A DNA stretch of 64,000 nt. Origin: a virus. The position numbers and the translations under genes are program-made. Each line of letters begins with the position of its first letter. The first letter of the stretch is position 1. The stretch lies in IMG/VR virus record IMGVR_UViG_3300030329_005813, positions 32,001 to 96,000 of that record, one strand, 5' to 3'. Under the pieces are notes generated by a model, which saw only the letters and a program-made list of their open reading frames with translations, was not told where the DNA came from and made no database searches. This document shows, one piece after another, positions 26,433 to 36,742 of this stretch.

Positions 26433-27616
26433 AGATTTAACGCCCTTAAGTTTCCGAAATCTTTCCCAGCCTTCACGTTTACCATAAATTTGCCCAAGGC
26501 CGTGTTGGAAAAGATTTCAATCATCTCTGGTATAATATACCTCTCTTCATCTGGAATGTCAAGTACAATATTATCGTGAATCGTAAAAGCGATGAAAGAA
26601 CGTCGATCTTTTAAGAAATTATTTATTTTAATCACTTGCCTCAACACAAGGTCGGCAGTGGTGCTTTGGATGATATAGTTCAGGGCATGCTTGTCGTCGG
26701 CTTCAATTTCTCGACCAAACATTGTCTTGACAAGTCCATCGGCCCAATACATCCCTTTTACTTTATCGCGATCATATACGCGTGAAAGGGTAGGGTTAAT
26801 TTTGTTCTCATCATACAGCCACGAGAAGAGCCTTTGCTTAGCCTCTACACGCGTTGTGCCTTTAGGGAACACGTTACCCGCATTCCACTCGTGGATGTCT
26901 TCTAGGGGTGTTGTAGAGCCTCCTAGAGCCATCAGCGTTCGCAGTTCCGCTGCGTTGAAATCAAGCTCAACAAACCAGTCCTGAGTCGGTTTCACGATGG
27001 AACGAAAGTCTTTATCCATTGTCATAATGGGAAAAGAGTCTTTTTGGGTCGTTAACCGCCCAGTTTTCGTTCCAACAATATTATAGCGACAATATGGCTC
27101 AATTTGAGCGTACTTTTTCATTGCCTGACGGAATTTAGGCAAGTGTGCCCGTTCTACCAGGGAAGATGTGTCAATATTTAGCTTCTGATATCGAATACGA
27201 GTCAAAACTTTTGTTAAATCAACCAAAAAGTCGTAATTTTGCGGTTTTTCATAGTTTTCAAACACATATTGAGTGATTTTATTACGAATTTCACAATAAT
27301 CAATCAAAAATGACCTTGGAACAAGGTCAAAAAAACAATTCTCGTTCATATTGACCTTTGCCAACACAAACGAGCGATAAAATGCCTTTAATTTTGTCTC
27401 TACTACAATCCAATCGTCAATTAACGAGCTTGGACAAGCATCATTAAGGCTCCGATTTCCGCAGAGTATACTAGCGTACTCAACATCGTTTTTTTCAAGA
27501 TACTCCGCATACTTCCACGTTTTTGTAATGTCTTCTGGGATGGACCCGAAACACAGTTTTCCATTTTTATAAACTCCTACACATTCGCCTTTGTCATCAA
27601 GCGTTTGAAAATACAA
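26429..27616 (-). CDS. Compact family A DNA polymerase-like protein
   Basis: TKTGRL, motif A LDFNAAELR, DIH, R..AK, TMFGR, NYIIQSTTAD, motif C IHDN; no exonuclease domains. Promoter at 27775-27803. Confidence 0.8.
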   Translation of the reverse strand: MYFQTLDDKGECVGVYKNGKLCFGSIPEDITKTWKYAEYLEKNDVEYASILCGNRSLNDACPSSLIDDWIVVETKLKAFYRSFVLAKVNMNENCFFDLVPRSFLIDYCEIRNKITQYVFENYEKPQNYDFLVDLTKVLTRIRYQKLNIDTSSLVERAHLPKFRQAMKKYAQIEPYCRYNIVGTKTGRLTTQKDSFPIMTMDKDFRSIVKPTQDWFVELDFNAAELRTLMALGGSTTPLEDIHEWNAGNVFPKGTTRVEAKQRLFSWLYDENKINPTLSRVYDRDKVKGMYWADGLVKTMFGREIEADDKHALNYIIQSTTADLVLRQVIKINNFLKDRRSFIAFTIHDNIVLDIPDEERYIIPEMIEIFSNTALGKFMVNVKAGKDFGNLRALNL

Positions 27617-27624
27617 TTTTCCCC

Positions 27625-28923
27625 CTAGAAAAAGATCTTTCTTGTTTTTTTGGCCTGACTAGTAATGTTTTCGTTTGTTTTATTCTCGCCCTCTGGCGAA
27701 ATCCTTTGTCTTGCTTTTTCGTTAGCGTATGCCAACGAGCCCTCATAAAATGTAACGCCCGAAAACTTCTTCTTAATGTAACTCATCGCGGCTCGCGTGT
27801 CAAGGGTTTTTATTATATCTTTTGCAACTTCTGTTATTTTAGTGAGTGCAGGGGCAGAATAGTCTAAACCAGTTTCAATATTTCTGGCTTTTATAAAATA
27901 TTCAACCCAGTAGGAATCATCATATGCATCATCAAACTGACTTCTAGACAGAAACGACCTAGCTTCTCTTGTCTTGGTGGTTCTGGCTGAAGAATGTGTA
28001 ACTGTTATATTAATGGGATTGTCTTTTACAAATTGGTTATAGAGTCTAAAAATGTATGTTTTAAATACTTCCAGTTCTTTCGCGGCTGTTTGTATAAAAA
28101 ATAGATTTGATATATCCAATGGACTGTTGACCGAAGGCTCATAGACTCTAGCGTAATTTATCATAACTTCCGAGTTTATATCCGCCATTAGGCGCCAAGG
28201 GATGTTTTTATCGATTACAAAACCGTGCTTAACTGCTAACTCAGTATAGCACGCAAAGTTGGGGCTGTCAATAAATTTCTTTTTTGCCTCGTCTTCGCTA
28301 TATGGAAGATTTAATATATCAATACCTAAGCCACTAATTAACGGATCGCAAAATCTACTCATAATAAATCCGCTTTTTGTGTACGGAAACCCGCCGGAAG
28401 ATTCAAATAAATAAAACATCTCTCTCATAAAATCGTCTAGATTTTGAATTTTGTGTTTGATATTGTTGATATTGATATGCGTTAAAAAAGAGTTATAGAA
28501 ACTTTTTTGCATTTCATTATACATTCTATCGATTGACACATAGCCCTTTACCGGGACCATCTCCGATAGGTATGGATCATCGGTGGCTAACTTACCTGCG
28601 CGGACATTTAATATATAATCGTTCTGGAATCTTTGGAATGCATCCGACACAAAGTTAAGGACGTTGACTGATCCGGCTTTAGTCGGGATCGGCTTTAAGT
28701 ATGGCAGATAAGGCTCGTGTGGCTCCAAAAAGTTATTTGCACTAACTCTTCCGTAGAATGTTATCTCATTCCACCAAAAGTCTTGAGTATTCGGAGGAAA
28801 TAAAGCTACATTTGGGTCAGTTTGTTCAACGGTTTGTACTCCATAGGCATGATTTCTATAATAGAGTCGTTTATTAAACATTTCTCGTGCTTTTAAATTG
28901 TTTTTTCCTTTAAAATCGGCCAT
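27625..28923 (-). CDS. Hypothetical virion/baseplate-region protein
   Basis: 432 aa at the end of the tail operon. Confidence 0.55.
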   Translation of the reverse strand: MADFKGKNNLKAREMFNKRLYYRNHAYGVQTVEQTDPNVALFPPNTQDFWWNEITFYGRVSANNFLEPHEPYLPYLKPIPTKAGSVNVLNFVSDAFQRFQNDYILNVRAGKLATDDPYLSEMVPVKGYVSIDRMYNEMQKSFYNSFLTHININNIKHKIQNLDDFMREMFYLFESSGGFPYTKSGFIMSRFCDPLISGLGIDILNLPYSEDEAKKKFIDSPNFACYTELAVKHGFVIDKNIPWRLMADINSEVMINYARVYEPSVNSPLDISNLFFIQTAAKELEVFKTYIFRLYNQFVKDNPINITVTHSSARTTKTREARSFLSRSQFDDAYDDSYWVEYFIKARNIETGLDYSAPALTKITEVAKDIIKTLDTRAAMSYIKKKFSGVTFYEGSLAYANEKARQRISPEGENKTNENITSQAKKTRKIFF

Positions 28924-28948
28924 ACAATTATAATCTCCCTACCCTATA

Positions 28949-31900
28949 TTAGTCTGCTGTCAGTGTTGTTGGAGGGTCTTCTGGGCAATCTGTTACATTA
29001 TCTTCATTGGCTGCCGTTATTCTACATCCATCGCCAGATGATTCGTACCGGGCCTTTACGACTGTCTTAAACATTCCAGATTCTATATAGCTCTCAACTC
29101 TTGTAATAATGTGATATCCGCCTAAACCCATAATATTAGATAGACTACTTTTTCTATGAGGCATGCCCAAGGCACCGTGAGATCCTAAACCAAAAGGATT
29201 TAAATATAAATAACTACCTGGATAGAAAAGAGTATTGCCTACCATATCGATTGATAGCTCATACACATCCGAAAGCTGTTGAATTGGGTCGAAGGTTCCT
29301 GCACCCTCTACTCGGGCCTCTCGTATATACGGGGCATCTGTTTTTGAAAAGTTTACCCTCTTAAGTACGCCGGTGCTGCTTCCAATATTTAAATGATGTA
29401 TACCTCTTTCCCTGTCAACCTCGGACGGTTTTTGACCTTCTATATTAGAATTTGGTGCCATACCAGGATAATACAAGCCCGATGGGCCTTGAGCATAGAT
29501 TACAATATATTGATAATAATTTTTTATAGATTTTTCATACGGCGTTTTTGCAAAAATTGGGTTTCGATATGAAACCGCATTTAAATTTAATCGTGCTGTC
29601 GTGCTTTGCTCAGCCTCCTCACCCTCTTCCAAGCCGGCGGTAACAGATTTATTTACGATTGGGTCTTTTCCATCCTCTGTTGCAGGGCCATCAATAAAAG
29701 CAGTCCTAACAATGGCTCTTTGTTTCTGAGTTTCGCCAAAACAATCTGCTCCCAAAGCAGCATAAACTAAGTCGTTAACCATATCTTTTATAAATGTTGC
29801 AAAATTATAAGTATCTTTCTGTTTTAAGATAACTTTTCTATGAAAAAAATCAACAAACAATCGAACGGATATTGGTACGTCTGCCAAGTTAGCTCTAACT
29901 GTGGCTTCTGTTTGAGGATCTTTATACTCAAAAGGCCCCAATAAAACTCTTAGATTTTCAACCTCCCCCTTCTTAAATGCATATTTGTCTTTAAGTGTTT
30001 GATTGTCGGAGTATTTTGAGTTTTCTGCCGTATTATTAAAAACATAACTCGCGATTATATCCACCAAATCACCCAAGTAAAAAAAGTTAATTAGCAGAGT
30101 AGATGGGTCACCAGGATCATATGAAGATAAAGATGTATAATCTTGCAACGAAGAAGCTACTTCACTAGCTTGCGCTGGTACTTGAGACGGTCCAAAGCCA
30201 ATCTTTTCTAGCACACGAGGGGCATATTCAAGCCAACTATTTGCAGCTGCTGTTTTTTCTTGAGAATCTGTTATATAATTGTCTACCTCCCCTACAGGAT
30301 CTCCCTCATATCTATTAATGTCCGACACGTTTACTAACCCTTCATCGCTAGCGGGGCGACGTGCATCGCTGAAAAGACTCAATTCTTCTTGGGTTATAGG
30401 CAATGAATGTATTAATTTTTTTCCTGCATTGACACCACCGGGTGTTGTAGTCGAGGTGCGATAGCCGGTAGTTACCTTTTCACTCTCAAAACCTTTATAA
30501 ATTGTTTCTGGATTCAACAGGGTATCTAACAGGAGAGTACGAGACCTTATCCTCAATTGATCTTTTAAAAGAATCATTTTATCTTTGGTTTTTTTAATTG
30601 TTTCTTGCTTGTAAAAACTATCTTCGCATGAACCATTCTTTTTAAATTCATCTAATATATTTTGAAGCGCGGCAAGATCTTGAAAGGTCTGTGTATCAGC
30701 TGACCCCATTCCCCCGCCGGATAACAGAATATTTGACTTTGGACTTACTAAAATACCATCCATTCGACCTCTATATTCAATTGATAATTCAAAAGTTCCG
30801 TCCTCATTGATTGAAAACTCATGATTTTGTAAAGTCAAAAACAAAGGCACTTGATTAAATCTTAGTGAGTCTATTAAAGCCGGATCGGCGCCTCGGTAAT
30901 CGGACCAGCCAACCACTGCTTTAATCTCATAAAATGACGAATCGTACTGACTACTACCGGGGCCACAAGTTTCTCCGTCCGGTTGATCCTGCTCAATATT
31001 GCCTGAGGCCTCTTTTAAGCCCCTATCGGAACGAAAATTGGGCGCCACAATTAAGTCTAAATAAGAATATGTTTCAGCTGTTTCGCCCAATATTGTTTGT
31101 CGATTTCTGATAAGCTCGTCCATACTTTGAAAGTACAACACTAGCTTGGCTGTAATATCATTTTCGATAGTGTCTGGATTTGTTGATATGTAGGCCCAAT
31201 CGAATGATTTTATGCCGACTCCCATTCTTCCCTGGGCGCCCCCGGGTCTTACCTTTGGATCAAGTACGGAAGTATCGGAATCAGACGCCCAATCTCTATC
31301 GGCCTTCGCTTTAGTAATTGTATGATTATAAAATTTAAAAGGTATTTCTCCTTTAACTTCGCCTTCATCGTTATAAATAATTTTATATAGATTTAATTTC
31401 GGCACCAATTCGGCCAATTGGCTTGTTTTTATGTCTAAAAGGCTTTCCGTACCGGGTCTCATTTTTAATTTTGGGATGACTTCAGATGGGTTACCGTCGA
31501 TTAAATGTGTTTTGTTATATGTAAATCGGGGAATAGGATTATTATCTCCAGCAATACTTGCAGGCACCATAGAATTTACATGCAGTGCAGCCAAGATAGT
31601 AAAGTTCCACATCAAATAACATTGCTCTGCCAATCTTGTTCTAGCTGCTAAAGCTTCTGGATCGTCTTGCTCATCTTGGCGATTTTCATCTTCACTGGCT
31701 TTGGCTTGCTGTCTTAGTGTTGCTTGCTTAACGGCCAAATCGTTTGCTTCATCTAAACTTTGATCTTCTAATATAACGCCTGCTGCTATATCTACACTAA
31801 CAGCGGCCTGTTCGGAGCGCGTCAGAAGACCAAATCTTTCCCTGTCTAAAGGGTCATATCCTAACGTTTCGGCCACAGGAGCAAGCCCGGTGGATTCGGC

Positions 31901-32077
31901 AATAAAAGCGCCGGCGGCCTTTACATATTCACCCTCTCGATAATAATTGTCTGAGACCGAGGCCGAATCTAAAATTAACGCATCTGTTGATTCAACGGTA
32001 ATCGCTTCGTTTACTTCTCTGGGCGTTTCTGATTTGTCTTCAGTGCCAGCGACAATATTTTCGTCCTCTTTTGCCAT
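28949..32077 (-). CDS. Baseplate hub / tail protein
   Basis: 1042 aa; C-terminal ELSIDMVGNTLFYPG...GGYHIITRVES pattern typical of gp27-like hubs; follows the LysM gene. Confidence 0.6.
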   Translation of the reverse strand: MAKEDENIVAGTEDKSETPREVNEAITVESTDALILDSASVSDNYYREGEYVKAAGAFIAESTGLAPVAETLGYDPLDRERFGLLTRSEQAAVSVDIAAGVILEDQSLDEANDLAVKQATLRQQAKASEDENRQDEQDDPEALAARTRLAEQCYLMWNFTILAALHVNSMVPASIAGDNNPIPRFTYNKTHLIDGNPSEVIPKLKMRPGTESLLDIKTSQLAELVPKLNLYKIIYNDEGEVKGEIPFKFYNHTITKAKADRDWASDSDTSVLDPKVRPGGAQGRMGVGIKSFDWAYISTNPDTIENDITAKLVLYFQSMDELIRNRQTILGETAETYSYLDLIVAPNFRSDRGLKEASGNIEQDQPDGETCGPGSSQYDSSFYEIKAVVGWSDYRGADPALIDSLRFNQVPLFLTLQNHEFSINEDGTFELSIEYRGRMDGILVSPKSNILLSGGGMGSADTQTFQDLAALQNILDEFKKNGSCEDSFYKQETIKKTKDKMILLKDQLRIRSRTLLLDTLLNPETIYKGFESEKVTTGYRTSTTTPGGVNAGKKLIHSLPITQEELSLFSDARRPASDEGLVNVSDINRYEGDPVGEVDNYITDSQEKTAAANSWLEYAPRVLEKIGFGPSQVPAQASEVASSLQDYTSLSSYDPGDPSTLLINFFYLGDLVDIIASYVFNNTAENSKYSDNQTLKDKYAFKKGEVENLRVLLGPFEYKDPQTEATVRANLADVPISVRLFVDFFHRKVILKQKDTYNFATFIKDMVNDLVYAALGADCFGETQKQRAIVRTAFIDGPATEDGKDPIVNKSVTAGLEEGEEAEQSTTARLNLNAVSYRNPIFAKTPYEKSIKNYYQYIVIYAQGPSGLYYPGMAPNSNIEGQKPSEVDRERGIHHLNIGSSTGVLKRVNFSKTDAPYIREARVEGAGTFDPIQQLSDVYELSIDMVGNTLFYPGSYLYLNPFGLGSHGALGMPHRKSSLSNIMGLGGYHIITRVESYIESGMFKTVVKARYESSGDGCRITAANEDNVTDCPEDPPTTLTAD

Positions 32078-32088
32078 TTAAATATACC

Positions 32089-32430
32089 TTAATAATACCT
32101 TAGATATTCCAAAACAGTTTGTAGAGGTTTTGGTATAATAATTGTGTCTCCAGTACTCAGCATATTTTCAATCGGTTTTTGATTATACCACGCTATAATC
32201 CACCAATATTTTGCTTCACCATAGTGTTCCGAGGCTAGTTTCCAATAGCGATCTCCAGTTTTCCACGTATGTTTTGTACGAACTAAATTTGTGCGTTCTA
32301 AGGCAGCTGGGTGTCTTAGTCTGGGAGTTTTATATTGATCTATGTGTTTCCGGTCTCTTTTTTCTAGAAACTCTTTATAGATCTTTGAAAAGTTTCTTAC
32401 TACTCTTCTACCTGTATATCTGGATGGCAT
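32089..32430 (-). CDS. LysM-like baseplate wedge protein
   Basis: GDRYWKLA.EHYG...YWWIIA.YN...GD.I.IP. Confidence 0.8.
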   Translation of the reverse strand: MPSRYTGRRVVRNFSKIYKEFLEKRDRKHIDQYKTPRLRHPAALERTNLVRTKHTWKTGDRYWKLASEHYGEAKYWWIIAWYNQKPIENMLSTGDTIIIPKPLQTVLEYLRYY

Positions 32431-32440
32431 ACTATACTTC

Positions 32441-33259
32441 CTATACGCTACCTAAAGTGCTAAATTTATCGGCATTATCATCTGCATCGGTGGTTGTGGT
32501 GGCTGGTTCGGGAGCTTGATCATCATTAATTTTAGGTGTGGCATATGGCCAAGCATTGCCTGTGCCGTCTGACCATTGAAGTTCGTCTCCGTCTTCAACA
32601 TCGGTCCAGCCCATCGTATGTTCGTGCAAAACATCAAAAGTAAAATTAATATTAATTGTTTTTGGGTACAAAGTGCCAGGAAGATCATAGAATCCGTCAT
32701 CTAGGACTGGAGTGAAGCTAAACCCGTTCATCTTTCCTAGTAATCCGCCTCCTCCCGGGCCTCCGTTTCTTATTAGGTTTGCAAATCTAATTCTCAGCAA
32801 AGGAGCACGAGCAATTGTTAAAGCGTTGTCACTTTCATTACCAGCGTAATAAGGATATAGTTTTCTTGCTAAGATGTTTATTTTGGTCAAGTTGCAGCGA
32901 GCACAATCTAAATCAAATGCCGGTATTGAAAGCGCCACTGCAATTTGTCTGGTAGTGTTTTGAAAAGTATATATATCATCCATTCTGCCATAGACAGGTT
33001 CGCTATTCCAATTGGATGTAAAGCTGTCTGAATAATCCGTTAAGATGGCCTTAAATTTCCAGGTTAGACCGGATGGAAGGTGCTCAATATATAAATAATA
33101 GTCTTTAGCATTAGCATACGCTGTAGTCTGGTCCGTTGCTCCCTGGGTGGCTGAAGCTTTACGTGAGTTTGCAAACTGCGGAAAAAGATCTTCGTACTCT
33201 TCATCGACAGTACGCTCAACCGCTTCAGCGTTAAGAGCTTTTCCCGCTCCTACAGTCAT
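32441..33259 (-). CDS. Tail tube initiator / baseplate protein
   Basis: YSDSF...W....YGRMD.I..F.NT.R, P.LRIRFANL; located between TMP and LysM genes. Confidence 0.65.
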   Translation of the reverse strand: MTVGAGKALNAEAVERTVDEEYEDLFPQFANSRKASATQGATDQTTAYANAKDYYLYIEHLPSGLTWKFKAILTDYSDSFTSNWNSEPVYGRMDDIYTFQNTTRQIAVALSIPAFDLDCARCNLTKINILARKLYPYYAGNESDNALTIARAPLLRIRFANLIRNGGPGGGGLLGKMNGFSFTPVLDDGFYDLPGTLYPKTININFTFDVLHEHTMGWTDVEDGDELQWSDGTGNAWPYATPKINDDQAPEPATTTTDADDNADKFSTLGSV

Positions 33260-33305
33260 TTAAACACCCTCCAAAATTAAATAGGTTAAAAAAATAAATA
33301 TATCT

Positions 33306-35204
33306 TTATATATCAAAGGCTTTAAGCTTATTGTCGATCCTTTCATCAACATACTGGCCCATCTCTCTTCCATCAAGCAGAAACTTAATATTGTTGACAA
33401 CTTTAACGTTTGATGCTTTAGTTTGACCAGTTGCTGTTGCTGTTGGTCCCAACGTGGCAGTACCTATTTGCGCGACAGACTCATATGCTGCTGCGGAATC
33501 AAACACTGTTTTTAACATAACGCTTTTGGCAACAGGTAACTCAGTTATAGCAGCTGCCAACTGGGAGACTCCAGAGCTGGCTTTTATAAATTGATCACCG
33601 GATAGTTCAGCCAAAGAACCAGTCAGGTCAGACATAGCATATACAAGAAGTGCTATAGCGCCAGTTGCAATCGCAACGCCTGCTCCAATTGCCAACATAA
33701 CAACTGCTAGTGGTCCTAAGGCTGGTGCGGCCGCACCCAATGCGGTAAGCCCCGCTGCAAGGCCCCCACCACCAGCAGCTGCTGCACCAAGGCCAAGACC
33801 AGAAAATACTTTTACAAGTAACATTCCTGCTGCACCAAGACCTAACATTACTCCAATTGTTTTCCGAATTGGTTCGGGCAGGTTATTAACAAGGTCTAAA
33901 ATAAACTTGAAACCTTGCACAACTGGTAGCATTGTTACCGCAAACGCCTTCATTGTTTGGTCTAGTTCTTCCATAACAGAATTAAATTCTCTATTTTGAT
34001 TCGCTAAATCTAAATACTGCTGTTGATTCATTTCGGCCGAGCCGGCTAGGTGATCAAAATTTCCGGCCATCACAAGAGCCAGTTCGCCGGCGTCTTTAAG
34101 GCCCATTGCCGAAGCAATTGCTTGACGCTCATAATACTCCATATCATCAAAGCTTTTTCCAGCATCCAATACTGCACCTTGAAGCATTCGCATACGCTCA
34201 ATAGGATCTGTTGTGGAAACCATCTCTATTGTATTTAAAAATGGTCCTCCCAGAAGGGCGTTTAGTTCACCAACAGATTTAGCTGCCGAATCAAACTGAT
34301 CAAACTGTTCAATAATAGATATAAGTTGACCAAGTTCTATATTGCTTTTGTGAGCCGAGACTGCTAAATCTAGAAATACGTCAACCGACTGATCACCAAA
34401 CTTCATCATTGTGCTGCGATGTTGTTCAAACTGCCCTAATATTTTTGAGGTTGGCAGGCCAGCATCCTGTAAAAAATTAAACATTCCGGCCTGGAGGTTG
34501 CTGGCTGCTTCGGCACTCATATTCATTCCAGCGGTCATTAAGCCCAAGTTTGCACTGAGGTCAAAAGCACCACCAGTAAATTTATCTAGAACCGCGTTTG
34601 TATTTGCTATAGATTCTTGCTGACTAGCACTTAAATCGGTAAATTGTCCAAAGTTATTGGCCAGATCAGTATAAGATTGGCCCACTTGTCCTACCGAAAC
34701 CCCGAGGCCTCGCAGAGCGCTTTCACTGTTGGCCATCTGATCGGCAAATTTACTAGCCATTCCAGTTGATTTATTAAAAGCTACCGTGGCCTCATCTAAA
34801 GCCGTAGTAAGACTCAAGCTTGTTTGAATCATACTTGTCGTTAGGGAGCCAAGTGTATTGACGGCAACACCAGCTGCTGCACTACTTTTTTCTATTTTTC
34901 CTATGGCATCCGAATAAAGAGCAGCACCAACGGAACCCGATTTCCATTTCGAGCTAATACCAGTAAGAGCATCTGAGACTGCTTCTAAAGTGTCTAATAG
35001 GTCTGTATTGGCTTCTGAAACTTTATTAAGGGCTTCCTCTTGTGCTTTAAGCTCTTGATTAAGTCTAAAGCTGGCTTTAGCAAAATCTTCAGCCGACATC
35101 TCAGTTTCATCATAAGTTTCTTTAAGAAGTCGTAGCTCTTTTTGAATTTCTGCTATTCTAGCAAGTCGTTGGATTTCTTGTTCTTTTTTTGGTCCGTTAG
35201 CCAT
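33306..35204 (-). CDS. Tape measure protein
   Basis: Long helical Ala/Gly-rich protein with hydrophobic segments, LDGREMG at the C-terminus, typical position. Confidence 0.8.
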   Translation of the reverse strand: MANGPKKEQEIQRLARIAEIQKELRLLKETYDETEMSAEDFAKASFRLNQELKAQEEALNKVSEANTDLLDTLEAVSDALTGISSKWKSGSVGAALYSDAIGKIEKSSAAAGVAVNTLGSLTTSMIQTSLSLTTALDEATVAFNKSTGMASKFADQMANSESALRGLGVSVGQVGQSYTDLANNFGQFTDLSASQQESIANTNAVLDKFTGGAFDLSANLGLMTAGMNMSAEAASNLQAGMFNFLQDAGLPTSKILGQFEQHRSTMMKFGDQSVDVFLDLAVSAHKSNIELGQLISIIEQFDQFDSAAKSVGELNALLGGPFLNTIEMVSTTDPIERMRMLQGAVLDAGKSFDDMEYYERQAIASAMGLKDAGELALVMAGNFDHLAGSAEMNQQQYLDLANQNREFNSVMEELDQTMKAFAVTMLPVVQGFKFILDLVNNLPEPIRKTIGVMLGLGAAGMLLVKVFSGLGLGAAAAGGGGLAAGLTALGAAAPALGPLAVVMLAIGAGVAIATGAIALLVYAMSDLTGSLAELSGDQFIKASSGVSQLAAAITELPVAKSVMLKTVFDSAAAYESVAQIGTATLGPTATATGQTKASNVKVVNNIKFLLDGREMGQYVDERIDNKLKAFDI

Positions 35205-35214
35205 TTAAACTCTC

Positions 35215-35559
35215 CTATTTAAACGGCCATATGAGACCAGTAACTTTTTCAAAACTTTTAACTGCACTATCAAGTTTTGCTTTGTTTTTATAAGTTCTGG
35301 GATTGTCTAATCCATAATCTCTTGCTGTTTTAATATATTTGGCTTCGCTGCCCAAAGCATTTTGAAAAGATTTAATTTCTCTTGGTGTGCCACGAACTTT
35401 AAGATTCATAGAAATAAAATTTGTACCAAACATATTATCCAATACCAATTTAATTCTTGAACCAAAAGAAGACCAATAATCTTCATTAAGTTTATTTGAC
35501 CTCAGATCTTCGAAATCAATTACTACTTCTTCTAGCTTATCTTCATTAAGGTTTTGCAT
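35215..35559 (-). CDS. Hypothetical late protein
   Basis: Own late motif at about 35585; ends WPFK. Confidence 0.6.
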   Translation of the reverse strand: MQNLNEDKLEEVVIDFEDLRSNKLNEDYWSSFGSRIKLVLDNMFGTNFISMNLKVRGTPREIKSFQNALGSEAKYIKTARDYGLDNPRTYKNKAKLDSAVKSFEKVTGLIWPFK

Positions 35560-35595
35560 TGTAACAGTTCCCCTATCATATGATAAATAGTTATC

Positions 35596-35631
35596 AAAAA
35601 GAAATAAGGCTGAAAGTCTTCACTTTCAGCC
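35596..35631 (-). terminator. Intrinsic terminator
   Basis: GGCTGAAAGT-GAAG-ACTTTCAGCC followed by TTATTTCTTTTT. Confidence 0.8.
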
Positions 35632-35632
35632 C

Positions 35633-35876
35633 TTAGCTACCACGTTGTGGTCCGGCCGGTGGGCCGTCGCCAACTTCGTATGTTTGACTGCCCTTGGAGG
35701 CTTTTTCCATTTGTTCTTTTTCTCTTGTTAGTTGGTCGGCCAATCTTTGCAAAAACCATCTTCGGATTGTAACTGGAAGATTATAGGCTTCTGTAAAACT
35801 CCACCCACCGTGATATTTTAATAAAAAGAACTCTTCATAAACGTTTGCTATGTATTCATTGCTTAGGCCAAAAAAA
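35633..35876 (-). CDS. Start-less ORF, probable frameshift extension of the tail assembly chaperone
   Basis: FFGLSNEYIANVYEEFFLLKYHGGWSFTEAYNLPVTIRRWFLQRLADQL...GS*. Overlaps the upstream gene at a T7 run; no upstream ATG. Confidence 0.7.
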
Positions 35877-36704
35877 GTCCGCTGTAAACGGAACGGTCAC
35901 CTCCTGCTCAAATCCACAAGAGCCGCAACTATATGTTTGCGTCATATCTACATTAGGAACAACTTTTTCATAAGCTGTCCTAAGGTATCTAGAATCTCTC
36001 GCTGGTAAGCCGTTAATGAATGTCTGGATGGACTTAGAGTCTGTATGACCGTTAACTGAAACAATTAACATTCTTAATTGATCTGTTAGGCTTGACTCTG
36101 GAAGACCTCTTTTCTTTTTATTGGCAAGATGCTTGGCCAAGTATATCTCATCTTTACTGGTTAGCAATCGCACTTCAACATCCACCTTGGTCTGTGGAAG
36201 TGTAATTAAAAACCGATCATCGGAATGCTTCTTGATGGCAAAGTCTTCCCACTCGTTGCCGGCATATACATTTAGCTTTGACAGATCATATGAAAAGTCT
36301 GAAGTTGTAGTGCAGGCTGGGCAGGTTGTTTTTGTCCTATATTCTTCGCCATATCCTGTAATGCGTGCAGCAACAAGGATTGCGTTTTTATCGCCGATAT
36401 ATAATGTATTTGTATCAATTGAACGATCAACAAATATATTTTGTAGAAAACGCTCAATCGCCAAACCTTTCTTTAAAAGTGTTTTGGACGAAAGAATGTC
36501 TTCATCTTTGGCAGTCATATACCGAATTTCAACTTGGCTTACGCCATGAAGTGGATGTCCTTCGGGATAATACTGACCACCAGTAGGCAATTCAACGAAC
36601 TCTGTTGGCGTTGAAAAAGAAAAAGTAGCCTCCGATGGGCCGGTGGTAGGAACTGGATCAGCGGCTGGACGTGCGCTGAGGCGATCCTGATTATTTCTAC
36701 TCAA
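35856..36704 (-). CDS. Tail assembly chaperone / baseplate hub assembly protein (T4 gp26-like)
   Basis: VELPT.G..Y, MTAKDEDIL, GDKNAIL..ARI..YG, CPAC, CGSC, ends FFWP. Confidence 0.8.
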   Translation of the reverse strand: MSRNNQDRLSARPAADPVPTTGPSEATFSFSTPTEFVELPTGGQYYPEGHPLHGVSQVEIRYMTAKDEDILSSKTLLKKGLAIERFLQNIFVDRSIDTNTLYIGDKNAILVAARITGYGEEYRTKTTCPACTTTSDFSYDLSKLNVYAGNEWEDFAIKKHSDDRFLITLPQTKVDVEVRLLTSKDEIYLAKHLANKKKRGLPESSLTDQLRMLIVSVNGHTDSKSIQTFINGLPARDSRYLRTAYEKVVPNVDMTQTYSCGSCGFEQEVTVPFTADFFWPKQ

Positions 36705-36742
36705 TGTTACCTCTAGTTTTTATAGAATTAAATTATCGCGGA

